Part shown: positions 1 to 11,307 of the stretch, in pieces | How the letters are laid out: the number at the start of each line of letters is the position of its first letter | Position numbering within the stretch: position 1 is the first letter of the stretch | DNA from: Microthyrium microscopicum | Taxonomy: Eukaryota | Reading direction: 5' to 3' | Length of the DNA: 20,000 bases | Assembly (NCBI GenBank): GCA_010405405.1 | Contig: MU004236.1 | Coordinates: 976,405-996,404, forward strand | Position numbers and translations under genes: made by a program | The notes under the pieces: generated by a model | The model's input: only the letters and a program-made list of their open reading frames with translations | The model's database searches: none | Told to the model about the DNA's origin: nothing

Positions 1-404
1 ACTCTACACCTTCTGGACATCTGTCATCGCCTTCTCTAGAGCTTCTCCTGTTCTTTTTTATATCTAGACCTGTCGGTGTGCTACCTGAATGCCGCCAAAC
101 TACCTTGCGACCACCAATCCTACCACGAAGAACACATCTCCAGAAGCTTCCGAGGCCATACAATACAATTCTCAATCGAACCTCGCCTTACCTTTGGAAT
201 CGACATCGCACAATAAAGCCTGTCTGCAGCAGGAACCTCCTTCCCGTCGCAATCGTAGTTGCGATCGTTAAGAACCTATAAGCCTCGGGGCGCAAAGACT
301 CCTTTTTATACAGCCGCGAGTCTCACGATATGCTGCGAGTTGCACAATCGTTTTTGCTGTAATCACCCATGAGAAATTGAGATCCACCTTCTTTGATCTT
401 CAAG

Positions 405-3400
405 ATGGCAGAGCAAGAAGAGAAGCCACATCTTCCACCGCCATCCTCAGAGACGGATGATGAGTCGGAGGAAAATGCTGGGAACATGCACATCGGGGAT
501 TCAGTAGAGCAGAATGGTCAGGCCGAACACTCGGATGAGCCATCGAGCGAAATGATGGAGAAGGTTCAAGAGGTCGAAGCTTCTCCGTCGAATGGAACTC
601 AGCTATCGCCTACGTCCATGTCACGACCGCCCCAAATATCGCAAGAAAAGTTTACCGAAATCATAATATCTCCTCCACCAACTCCTCACCCACAGCCGCC
701 TCTTACTAGAGCCCGAAGCGATTCACAATCAACCCTCGCCACGGTGTCTTCCCTTCGTCCCATTCCAAAGAGTTCGCTCCTGTTCGTGGTGAGCTCATTA
801 GAGTCGATATCCGCCTCCAAAGACGCACGGAAAAACAAAGAACTCAACGACTCGGTACAGAAAGCTCTTGCGGTTATCAAAGGGGACGGTCCGCATGACC
901 AGTTGAATCCGGAACTTTTATTCGAACCTTTACAACTAGCCTCTCAAACTCCGAACGTCCAAGTCGTTACAACCGCTCTCGACTGTATTGGAAAGCTGAT
1001 CAGTTACTCCTATTTTTCGTTGCCAGCCCATGGATCGGAAGATAAAGATGGCCCACCACTTATTGAGCGAGCCATAGACACGATATGCGATTGCTTCCAG
1101 GACGAAGCAACACCCGTAGAAACACAACTTCAAATCGTCAAATCACTTTTGTCAGCTATTTTGAATGATAAAATTGTTGTTCATGGTGCCGGTCTTCTCA
1201 AAGCGGTACGGATGACTTACAACATCTTTCTGTTATCGAAATCAAGTGCCAATCAAACCGTTGCGCAAGGCGCTTTAACGCAGATGGTTGGAACAGTCTT
1301 TGAAAGGGTGAAATACAGACTTGACTTGAAAGAGTCTCGTATAAACACGCAGAAGCCTGGTCTTGAAAGAGATAGTCAGGAGGATGTATCTGAGTCGGAC
1401 ATCAACCATGATCATATTCCTCACATCCAATCTTCAAATGGAAATGGTGACATGGACGATGATACAGAGACGGTTTCTTCAATGCCTAGCGATACCCCTG
1501 TTGAGAAACATGAGGGACCCAAAATCACTCTACAGAGTTTCGAGAACAGAAAGAGTTTTGACGACGGTAAAATAACCGAAGCTGCTCCAACTCTTGTAAC
1601 TCGAGTAAAGCGCACAAAGACGGCTTCTCGTAACGTGTCAGGTCATGACAGGAATGGCAGTGGAACTCCTGTTCCACAAGACGCGAACTCCGAGGACGAA
1701 GAGGATGAGATTTATATTCGCGACGCATATCTGGTTTTCAGAGCTATGTGTCGACTAACCACAAAACCTCTCCCAATGGAACATGCTCTTGATGTCAAGT
1801 CTCAAGGAATGAGGTCGAAGCTAGTCTCTCTGCACATCATTTACACCATTCTGTCAAACCACACTGCAGTGTTCACCTCGCCATATGCGACAATTCGAAA
1901 CAGCAGTACTGATGAGCCAACATCTTTCGTTCAGGCCATCAAGCAATATCTCTGCTTGAGCTTAAGCCGGAACGGAGCGAGCTCCGTCAAACCAGTCTTC
2001 GAGATCAGCTGTGAGATATTCTGGTTGATGATCAAGTTATTGAGAGTGATGTTGAAAAAGGAGATTGAAGTCTTCTTGAAAGAAATATACTTCTCTATCC
2101 TTGAAAAAAGAGCTGCTCCAGTCTGGCAGAAAACCACAATCCTCGGCATGTTTTACAAACTCTCTTTGGAACCAAGGGCTCTGGTGGAGGTTTATCTCAA
2201 TTACGATTGCGACAGGACAGCATTGGATAACATGTTCGAAAGAATTGTAGAACATCTCTCTAGGATGTCTTCCTCCCAAGTTTCTCTTACCCCAGTGCAA
2301 ATGGCCGCATATCTCGAGCACACTGCCAAATATGGTTCTCATTCATTCGACAAAAGTCGGCGAAATCTCCCACCATCCTTGGCCACTGTCTCAATGCATG
2401 CGCAGCAAGATTCAGATCTTGGTTATCCAGCAGAGTATGCCATGAAGCACGATTCTTTAGAGATTCTTGTCGAGATTTTACGCTCACTCGTGGCTTGGGC
2501 ACAAGGTTTATCGCAGATGGAGCTGCAGACCAATTCTTCCAGTACTCTAGCGAAACCTTCGGCCAACGATTCAAGAGAGTCCCTAGATCGTCGTGAGAGT
2601 AGCTTAACTTTACCTTCTCCACGGATCGGAACAGATTCGCCTATTGGCTTGTCGAGCCCGATGACAGAAGACGATCCAAGTCAGTTTGATCGAGAAAAAC
2701 AACGAAAGACAGCGATGGCTAGCGCAATAAAGCAGTTCAACTTTAAGCCAAAACGAGGCATCAGATCTTTGATCAAAGATGGTTTCATCACATCAGATAA
2801 CCCCGAAGACATTGCCCGGTTCCTTCTTGGCAATGAACAACTCAACAAGGCTGCACTGGGTGAATACCTCGGGGAAGGCGACAAGGAAAATGTCGAAATT
2901 ATGCACGCCTTCGTTGAGCTCATGGAATTTCGACAAACCCGTTTCGTTGATGCATTACGCCGCTTCTTACAATCTTTCAGACTTCCAGGAGAGGCCCAGA
3001 AAATTGATCGTTTCATGCTCAAATTTGCTGAAAGATATATTCTCGGGAATCCAAACGCTTTTGCCAATGCAGACACAGCATATGTTCTTGCGTATTCTGT
3101 TGTCATGCTCAACACTGATCAGCACAGTGCTAACGTAAAAGACACTAATCGAATGACACCAGAGGATTTCATCAAGAACAATCGAGGCATCAATGACAAT
3201 GCAGACTTGCCAGAAGACTACCTTCGCGGCATCTACGATGACATTCAGCATAACGAAATTGTTCTCGACACTGAACGCGAGAATGCCGCAAATCTGGGCT
3301 TATTGCCTCAGCCTTCTGCCTCATTGGCCGCTACAATTGGCCAAGCTGTTGTCAACGCAGGTAGAGATAACAAACGGGAAGAGTACGCTCAAACGGAACA

Positions 3401-6400
3401 AATAGCCAATCGTACTGAACAACTGTACAAGACCTTGCTTCGGGCTCAAAGGAAGGGTACTAAAATCCAGGTCACCAAATTCGTTCCTGCATCGTCATTC
3501 AAACACATTGGACCAATGTTCCAGGTCACTTGGATGCCATTCTTGACAGCACTATCTGGAGCAGCGCAGAACACCAATGACATTGAAACAGTTCGTCTCT
3601 GTATGGAAGGCCAAAAGCTTGCAATCCGAATTGCATGTCTCTTCGACCTTGCAGATCCCCGCCAAGCTTTTGTATCATCCCTAGCACGATTTACCAATCT
3701 TTACAACCTCAGCGAGATGAAGGCCCGAAACCTGGAGGCTCTGAAAGTGCTACTTGAGGTATCATATACAGAGGGCAACTTCTTGAACGATTCCTGGAGA
3801 GATGTCCTCACCTGCATCAGTCAACTCGATCGATTCCAACTGATATCTACTGGCGTGGATGAAGGCGTTGTTCCTGATATGATGCGGCACCACGGACAAG
3901 GAAAGGCACCGCCAAAACCAAAACGAGCCGCGAAATCGCAGCGAAAGATCCAGAGCGGAAACGTCAACTACCAAGCTGATATTGCAGAAGAGACTCGCTC
4001 CGCAGATATTGTCCGTAGTGTGGACCGCATATTCACTAACACTGCAAATCTTTCTGGAGAAGCAATTCTTCACTTCGTCAAAGCCCTTACACAAGTTTCC
4101 TGGCAAGAAATACAATCTTCGGGTCAGAGCGAGTCGCCGCGGACATATAGTCTGCAAAAGCTCGTGGAAATCAGCGCTTACAACATGACCCGAGTGAGAT
4201 TCCAGTGGGCCAATATCTGGCAAGTCTTGGGAGCGCATTTCAACCAAGTGGGTTGCCATACAAACACACATGTGGTTTATTTCGCCCTCGATTCGCTGCG
4301 CCAATTGTCGATGAAGTTCTTGGAGATTGAAGAGCTTCCTGGTTTCAAATTTCAAAAGGATTTCTTGAAGCCATTTGAGCATATCATCGGAAATTCCACG
4401 GTCGTGGCAGTGAAAGACATGGTGTTGAGATGTCTCATTCAGATGATACAAGCAAGAGGAGAGAACATTCGCAGTGGCTGGCGTACTATGTTTGGCGTTT
4501 TTACTGTTGCTGCTCGCGAACCTTACGGTATGTTTTATCCAATATACAGTGAATTTCCGCTAATTCCTCGTAGAAAATATCGTTAACTTGGCTTATGACC
4601 ACGTTACCCAAGTTTACAATAATCGATTCGGCGTTGTAATTTCCCAAGGAGCATTCGCTGATCTTGTCGTCTGCTTGACGCAGTTTTCTAAGAATCAGAA
4701 GTTTCAGCGGAAAGCTCTTCAAGCAATTGAAGCACTCAAATCCTCTGTTGGTAAAATGCTTCGAACACCGGAATGCCCCTTGTCGGTCAGGAGAATTAAG
4801 AACGGTGATGGCACCGATGACTCAAAACCTGACTCGCCGCCGATCTCTCAAACACAAGAAGAACAGTTCTGGTTCCCAGTTCTCTTCGCCTTCCATGATG
4901 TTTTGATGACAGGGGATGATCTCGAGGTCCGGTCACTGTAAGTTTCTTCCATTTCTCTCCGCGTGTGGTATCTAACCTCATCCAGGGCGCTGAATTATTT
5001 GTTCGAAACCTTGTTGACTTACGGCGGAGATTTTCCCTTGGATTTCTGGGATACTCTTTGGCGACAGCTGCTCTATCCCATCTTTATGGTATTGAGATCC
5101 AAGTCTGAAATGTCCAAAGTCGTCAATCATGAAGAACTCTCTGTTTGGTTATCAACAACCATGATTCAAGCTCTTCGGAACATGATAACACTGTTCACGC
5201 ACTTCTTCCATTCATTGGAATATATGCTAGATAGATTCCTGGAACTTCTCATTCTCTGCATTTGTCAAGAGAACGACACGCTGGCTCGCATTGGCAGCAA
5301 CTGTTTACAACAGCTCATCCTTCAGAACGTCAGCAAGTTCAACGATGAAGACTGGAACAAGACAGTAACAGCTTTTGTTGAGCTTTTCAACCGCACGGAA
5401 GCCACCGCACTTTTCGCTGCAGCGACAGCATCCGCCTTTACACCACGGAGACCGTCTGTAAATGGCGGAACTCCACATGCGCCGTCGACTGAGGCAGATG
5501 CTCTCAACTCATTAACCTTGAGTACGCCTATTGCTGAAACCGAAGAGCATGGACTATCTGAGCCAAACATCGGACTTGGCATCGACACCAAATCAGACCT
5601 CGCGAGAGAAGATTGGGGCTCAATGATGGGCTCATCACAAAACACCGACCAACCAGCCGATGACGACGGTGCTTTGACATCAGGAGAGCGACCTCAAACG
5701 CCAGCAACCGCATCCGCCGATCTAGAATCCTATCGCCCATCATCCTCCCAACAATCAACCCCCGTCCCAGTCACAGCCGCCCGACGCCGCTTCTTCAACC
5801 AAATTATCACCCAATGTGTCCTCACCCTCCTCATGATCGAAACTGTCAACGAGCTCTTCAGCAATGACACGGTCTACGCCCAAATTCCATCCCCCGAACT
5901 CCTCCGCCTCATGGCCCTTCTCAAAAAATCATACCACTTTGCCCGAAAATTCAACAGCGATCGCGAACTACGCACCCGTCTCTTCAAAGAAGGCTTCATG
6001 AAGCAACCACCTAACCTCCTCAAACAAGAATCTGGCGCTGCTGCCACCTACGTCGCCATCCTACTTCGCATGTACCACGATTCTAATCCCGCACGCGTCA
6101 ATTCTCGTTCAGCCACAGAAGCCGCGCTAGTGCCGCTTTGCGCAGACATCCTCAAGAGCTATCTGGATCTTGATGATGAGACGCAAGCACGCAACATTCT
6201 GACTTGGCGGCCCGTCGTAGTGGATGTGCTGGACGGGTATTCGAGCTTTGCGAGGCCAGAGTTTGAGAAACATATGCCGACGTTTTCACCACTTATTGTT
6301 GGGCTGCTGGGACGTGAAATGACGCCGGAGTTTCAGTTGACGCTGCAGCGTGTGGTGGCGAAGTTGTTTGAGTATAGTATTGGGGTGGATTGTAGTACTC

Positions 6401-6447
6401 ATTTGGTACAGGTTGAGCATGGGAGGAGGAGTAGTAGAGGTCGGTAA
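405..6447 (+). CDS. SEC7: Sec7/BIG-family large Arf guanine-nucleotide exchange factor; exons 405-4527, 4574-4937, 4986-6447 (5949 nt, about 1982 aa)
   Basis: Recognised motifs: DCB region (ALDCIGKLISY), HUS box (YLNYDCD), Sec7 catalytic motif FRLPGEAQKIDRFM with the Glu finger at 2991-2993, YVLAYSVVMLNTDQH, HDS motifs (FSL/YSLQKLVEI, IRSGWRTMF) and C-terminal PPNLLKQES. Intron 4528-4573 (GTATGT..GCTAAT..TAG) and intron 4938-4985 (GTAAGT..CTAAC..CAG) join the three ORFs in frame (REPY|ENIVNLAYD; EVRSL|ALNYLF). First ATG is at 405 (the track's 393 start is TTG). Confidence 0.97.
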
Positions 6448-6711
6448 AGGCATGAAGCGGATGTCGGAATTATGCATAGCATTTAGGAGCGTACTTGAGT
6501 GTAACCTATTGAGCATTTACTTACAATGTGCTTGCATGTTAAGGTCAATGTGCTTCGGTCCTTGCCAGGAGATACCAAAACAGGACCGTGTTAGTAAACT
6601 CACAGCGATTGGATGTATCCAACATGAAGAAGTCAGTCTTAGCCAAGCCATAAAGACCAGAATTGGGGTTTTCTTAGAATGAAGATGATGATATAATCAA
6701 TAATGATATAG

Positions 6712-8155
6712 CTAATGTCTAAAAAGGGAACAGTTATAAATAGCACTAGCAGTTCGATCTATGGTGACATCTTTGAACAAAGACCTAAATATGAAAGAGC
6801 AAAGCAGCCCGACTACGAGAATCTGCAAGGTGAAAGATAACGGCAAAAACACTTGAATCGTCGCGTCGTTCTCAGCCGAAGCTGGGCAAGGGTGGCTCCG
6901 CCATCTCATAGCATAATCCTTAGCCAACTTCTGACGTCGAGTTGTCCTGTCCTTCCAGTAGTCTATGATGGCCCTTTCGGGACCAATAATGACGATTTCT
7001 GAATTGGCGCCTAGATTCTCGCAGGTGGTATATTGCAAAAATGATATTCTTTTCGCGGGCAGTTCGTCATGCTTAATTGTGATCAGGCTGTGTAACTCAG
7101 AAGCGATAGTTTTCAATGCTTCGATATCGTCTGAACTGCCGTCTATATGGAATCGAAGATCCAATATCCTGGACTTGGAAGACTTTGATATTGACGGCTC
7201 TACAGTATCTCCTGTTGATGCGAAATCGAACTTCATAGGGGCAAGAACGATACGGTCAAAACTTGCAACTTCTCGCTCCCCTAGAACTGGCATTTGGTCT
7301 TTGGGAAAGTCAGGAGCTTTGCATATTTGACTCCTTAGTTGAGCCGTATGGAACCATCCTGGTGGTTTTGTTTTCAGCTCCTTCAGTGCCCAGATTAGTG
7401 CTTTTGTAAATGTTCCGTTACCACGAGCCCTTGTTAACTGTCCAGCGGGACAAGCGGCGAGGTATTCAAATCGGGGTGTACCTCGCGTTTGGAAAGTAGC
7501 GCCAGCATCGCAACAGTCGAAGATTGCAAGAACATCTCCATTCAAGCCACGGCCCAAGGTCTCAGTAATTGCCCAGTTGATAGATTGTGTTTTAGCATTT
7601 CGCAACGCTCTCACGGTTCTTTCACTGCTTGTAATCAGTGCCTATAGCTATCATGATCGATCTTGATGTAATGCGTACCGATGAAGAGTCAAGCCCTTTC
7701 TGTTTTCCGTATCTCCACAAGGCTCTGAGTACCACCCATGGCCACCGTAGTAGAAGATGAGTAAAGTGTCATCATCGTCGTGATCGTCGACAAATTCGGC
7801 TACATGACGGTTGATTTTCTGCTGAGGCTTATCATTACCAATGAGTCTCTGCACAACCACAAACTGATATTCTTCCTTGAAGACAGTTTTCAGTTCTTCG
7901 ACCTAATTCAGCTTAATATGCTTTCTGAAGAGGAACATGTGTGCACTAGAATACCTCCGCTCTGTCTATATCCGAGTTCTCCCAGGAAAGTAGCAGAACA
8001 ACTATCTTTGTGTATCGAATAAGCCTCTTGTTATTCATAACGTTGTCCTCCCACATCATATTGTAATGCGACTGTTTCTTCTGGAACTCTGCTTCGGATT
8101 CTATAGGGGTGCCATCTCCCTGTAAAGACACGACGGGTCGGGCCATGGACGCCAT
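6712..8155 (-). CDS. Caspase/metacaspase-like (peptidase C14 clan CD) protein with C-terminal hydrophobic segment; exons 8155-7955, 7902-7679, 7624-6712 (about 445 aa)
   Basis: Intron 7954-7903 (GTATTC..TAG) and intron 7678-7625 (GTACGC..CTGAT..CAG) join three ORFs in frame (DRAE|VEELKTVFKEEY; TLHR|ERTVRAL). Motifs: VLLLSW, LLIFYYGGHG (His codon 7740-7738), AIFDCCDAG (Cys 7512-7510), EYLAAC, GTFTKALI. C-terminal IQVFLPLSFTLQILVVGLLCSFIF is hydrophobic. The start could also be the ATG at 8146. Confidence 0.82.
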
Positions 8156-9198
8156 GTAGGTATTATTCTGCCAGGTTTGAGCCCGGTCTATACCAGAGCG
8201 TTGAAGCGAGGAGTAACGAGACAGGGAGATGTACCTTGTCATATGGGGCTTGGACTGATTATATTCCCTGAGGGTAAGGTAACCTTTGAAAGTCGAATTC
8301 ATCTCTATGTGCCTCATGACAGCCAGTAAGTAATGGCTAAGCCCCACAGGATCAAGAACTAGGTAGCGTCAATAATTTAGTACCATGCAGTAGAATGAGG
8401 CTCATTCTCAGAGTGTAGGGATATGCCAAGACTAGATACGGACAGCTCACAAGGCTGTTTTTACCGTTTGCGTTTCTTGGATGTCATCAATCTCATTTTT
8501 ATTATGCAAGGCTACCCAAGTCTTGGACATGGGCTTACCAGGCAAGATCCTCAGAGCCTATTGATCAAGTCTTCTCCTGTCTGATGAGCTTTTATAACGA
8601 AAAGCGGTTCTGCGTTTCGGTTGCACTGTGATGTTGAGAACTTGGGACCAACGACCCGTTTTTTGCTGCTTGAGTGAAGCCTCTTACATCATTGACCTGA
8701 ATACTCTATCCATAGCTAAGAGTGTTACCTACTGCTCAAGCAATGGCTTAGATTGAGCGATAACATACAGGCGAACATCCTCCATATCATTTCTTGAGCT
8801 AGCCAGAATACTTGGAACGTCAAGTTCGCCTCTTACATACCACTAGAATGTGTCCCAACCAACCTAGTATCGAGAGTTTCCACATTGTCAAAGGTAGTGA
8901 ATAACAACCTTGTCAGGTATCCGATACAACGTAGGCGGGCGGCTCATATTGTAGGCCACTGACTCACTGAGTGAGTTGCCTATTTGCCTGTTTCCAGTCT
9001 TCACCGAGGTAATGACATTACCCGCAAACCTGATAGAATAACATAAAATGGCGATAGAACAGTCTGTAATAGTACCATCCGGTGTCTCGCCTCAGAAAGC
9101 TAATGTCAAGTAAGCCTTGAGCGACGATACTAGATTTTGACATATTCCATCCAATCAAACGCAACACGAAAAGGTCCCCACAACCTTCCTGCATTAGC
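8156..9198. promoter_or_regulatory. Divergent intergenic region (candidate bidirectional promoter) with a TGACTCA site overlapping a palindrome
   Basis: Lies between the start codons at 8155 (-) and 9199 (+). TGACTCA at 8960-8966 overlaps the inverted repeat ACTCACT-G-AGTGAGT at 8962-8976. Confidence 0.4.
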
Positions 9199-9600
9199 AT
9201 GTCCGCCCCGCCAAAAGTACGAAAGCGGAAATCTGCCTTATGTCGATGATGCGCTAAACTTCTTTTAAAGGAACAAACTTCCTCCGAGGCTGCCGGCGGC
9301 AGTCCTCCAGATTGGCGAGCCTATGTACCTCCACGCCAGCCCAGGAACGTAAGTCTCCTTCTTCTGTACTCGCGAACCGAAGTGAACTTGTCTGATTTTC
9401 TGTGTCAGAGAACTGCGAAATTCAGTGTTGGAGACGAAATTACTGTGAAGCCAACGTTGGCTCGCTTTGCTATAGATGGAGAAGTTACTGCCAGAAAGGA
9501 AGAGAATGGGTATTGGATGTATCAGGTGAAGGACGATTTAGGTGAAAGCATTGATATGGGAGCGTATCTGAAAGAAAGAGAACTGAGTCGTCGGTCCTAA
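9199..9600 (+). CDS. 95-aa microprotein with probable SH3/Tudor-like beta-barrel; exons 9199-9216, 9271-9348, 9409-9600
   Basis: ATG at 9199. Intron 9217-9270 (GTACGA..GCTAAA..AAG) and intron 9349-9408 (GTAAGT..CTGAT..CAG) are both phase 0. The product is MSAPPK|EQTSSEAAGGSPPDWRAYVPPRQPRN|RTAKFSVGDEITVKPTLARFAIDGEVTARKEENGYWMYQVKDDLGESIDMGAYLKERELSRRS*. The pattern F-x-VGD-x-V...G-x-V...W-x-Y-x-V...E-x-EL is typical of SH3-like/Tudor folds. Exon 1 is the least certain part. Confidence 0.72.
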
Positions 9601-9622
9601 TAAAAGATGGCAGCTTTATGGC

Positions 9623-9654
9623 TATGAACAATCAATATTATGAACAATCAATAT
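9623..9654. repeat. Perfect 16-bp tandem duplication (TATGAACAATCAATAT x2)
   Basis: Read directly: 9623-9638 equals 9639-9654. Confidence 0.9.
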
Positions 9655-10005
9655 TTTGCACAAAAACTTGTCTTCCCAGGCAGCATACACTTGCCTCCAT
9701 CGATCATCGTGTTTATGTATGATTGGATGCTCATCTCTGTAGTGTTCATTAGGAACAAAATCGCAGGGCATCTTCGGCCATCCAATCAGTAGCTTCAGAG
9801 AGAATGCACAACGCCACATGAGGAATATCATACATACCGAAATCAAGCCTGATGATGAGAGGGTGGGCATACTTGAAGCTTGAGGCTCGAGATACCATGG
9901 ACCGGTCAATTGCCTGGACTTCGTATAAATACCTCAGCATTCTTCCCACCAGATCTTGATTGACAACGATCTAGTCCTCAATATCTTCAATACTCTCTGG
10001 TCGGG

Positions 10006-11307
10006 ATGGCAGATATCATCACGATTGCAAATGCTGGAGAAAAAGGTCATTCAAATAGTTTACCCCTTACTACATCGTCAACCGCGCCATCAGGATCTCA
10101 AAGGCTATGGAGGTCAGCAACTTCTTTTACCAGTATCAAACAGCTATGGAGTGGCGCTTTTTCCAAAAGTAGCACAGACTCGAATCTAAGTGAGTTACCA
10201 GCTCATAAGCCCAGAAATAGTCGATGGGGTATCAAAAAAGTCGACTTGGAAGAGACTGTGGTGCGTAAACGTAAGCATGAAGTACTCAAGACACCAAACA
10301 TGGACTAATGTCTATAGTTGAAGCATGTCCAAACGGATATCCTCGTATGGGAGCATTCTTAGACAGCCACGAAAACTTTATGATATACCGGCGGTTTGGA
10401 TACCTTCAAGCTCGGTTGCTTCTTGACAGACAAGACGACCTCCGTAAACTTGAAGAGTCATTAGACATGTTTGACCAGGAAATACATGCGGGCAAGGATG
10501 GAGCCGCACATATTCAGACTAGGGATTTGCCCAAGGCTATAGGCGAGTCTCGGAGAGAGCTGATGGCCAAGATTGAAGACGCATTCTGCGAATACTGTAC
10601 GTTACGATCTACCAAAACACCCCCAATCATTGTTCAATCAACTTATGGCTCCAAGGCTAATGATGTGGGCATAGCAAGGCTATTATCTGCGGCTCAAACG
10701 CTAGTTTCCCTTAATCGTCCTGCTCAAGCAGATCATGTTAGTGTCAAAAACTTCATTGTGGGCGAGAGGCCATTTTGTGAAGAAGAAGAAACTTGGATTG
10801 ACTGTAAGGAAGATTTGATAACATTAAGACCTGGCAGAGAGCATGCTTGGCTTGACGCAGTGATCGAGTATCTTCTTAGAGGACTACATTGCCGACTGAT
10901 TGAGTTCATCTTTTGTTCTAAAGTAAGTTTCAATGGTACTAGGTTTTGGCAGTGATTAAGATGCAGTTTAGGAAATAAAGATGAAAACAGATGGTCGGCC
11001 ACCAAGCAGTGAGGTATATTACACACAATCACGGATTGACCAGCTGGTCACAGGCATCATAACGATCATGATACTAGTACTGCTGATTGTTCCAATTTAT
11101 CTGCTATACCACCTGGCTAGTGGACGCGATAATCAACGAACACAAGCCGTATGCTTCGGCGTATTGTTGCTGTCAACTCTGGCATTTTCTGCTGTTCTGT
11201 CTTTGTTTACGAGGGCGAGACGACATGAGATACTAGGTGCTGCAGCGGCTTATTGTGCAGTCTTGGTTGTATTTTTGGGCAATGTCGGTTTGAATCAGCC
11301 GCATTAG
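10006..11307 (+). CDS. DUF6594-type fungal membrane protein (about 3 C-terminal TM helices); exons 10006-10270, 10318-10596, 10675-10922, 10972-11307 (about 375 aa)
   Basis: Introns 10271-10317 (GTAAGC..ACTAAT..TAG), 10597-10674 (GTACGT..GCTAAT..TAG) and 10923-10971 (GTAAGT..TAG) give a continuous frame. It contains CPNGYPRMGAF, FMIYRRFGYLQARLLLDRQDDLRKLEESLD, EDLITL, three hydrophobic helices and the terminal EILGAAAAYCAVLVVFLG, which I recall as characteristic of DUF6594. Confidence 0.85.

Noticed and set aside
4528..4985. Apparent frameshift/stop splitting SEC7 into three ORFs (pseudogene?)
   Set aside because: Fully explained by two canonical introns.
686..5758. Numerous antisense and alternate-frame ORFs inside SEC7 (e.g. 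3762-4451, 229 aa)
   Set aside because: Shadow ORFs of a long conserved CDS with no recognisable motifs.
6286..6682. ORFs 6350-6682 (+) and 6286-6516 (-)
   Set aside because: They overlap the SEC7 3' end and UTR and show no coding signature.
8156..8347. N-terminal 64 codons of the track ORF 7946-8347
   Set aside because: Starts at GTG and does not look protein-like. The ATG at 8155 or 8146 is more plausible, although upstream in-frame ATGs cannot be excluded.
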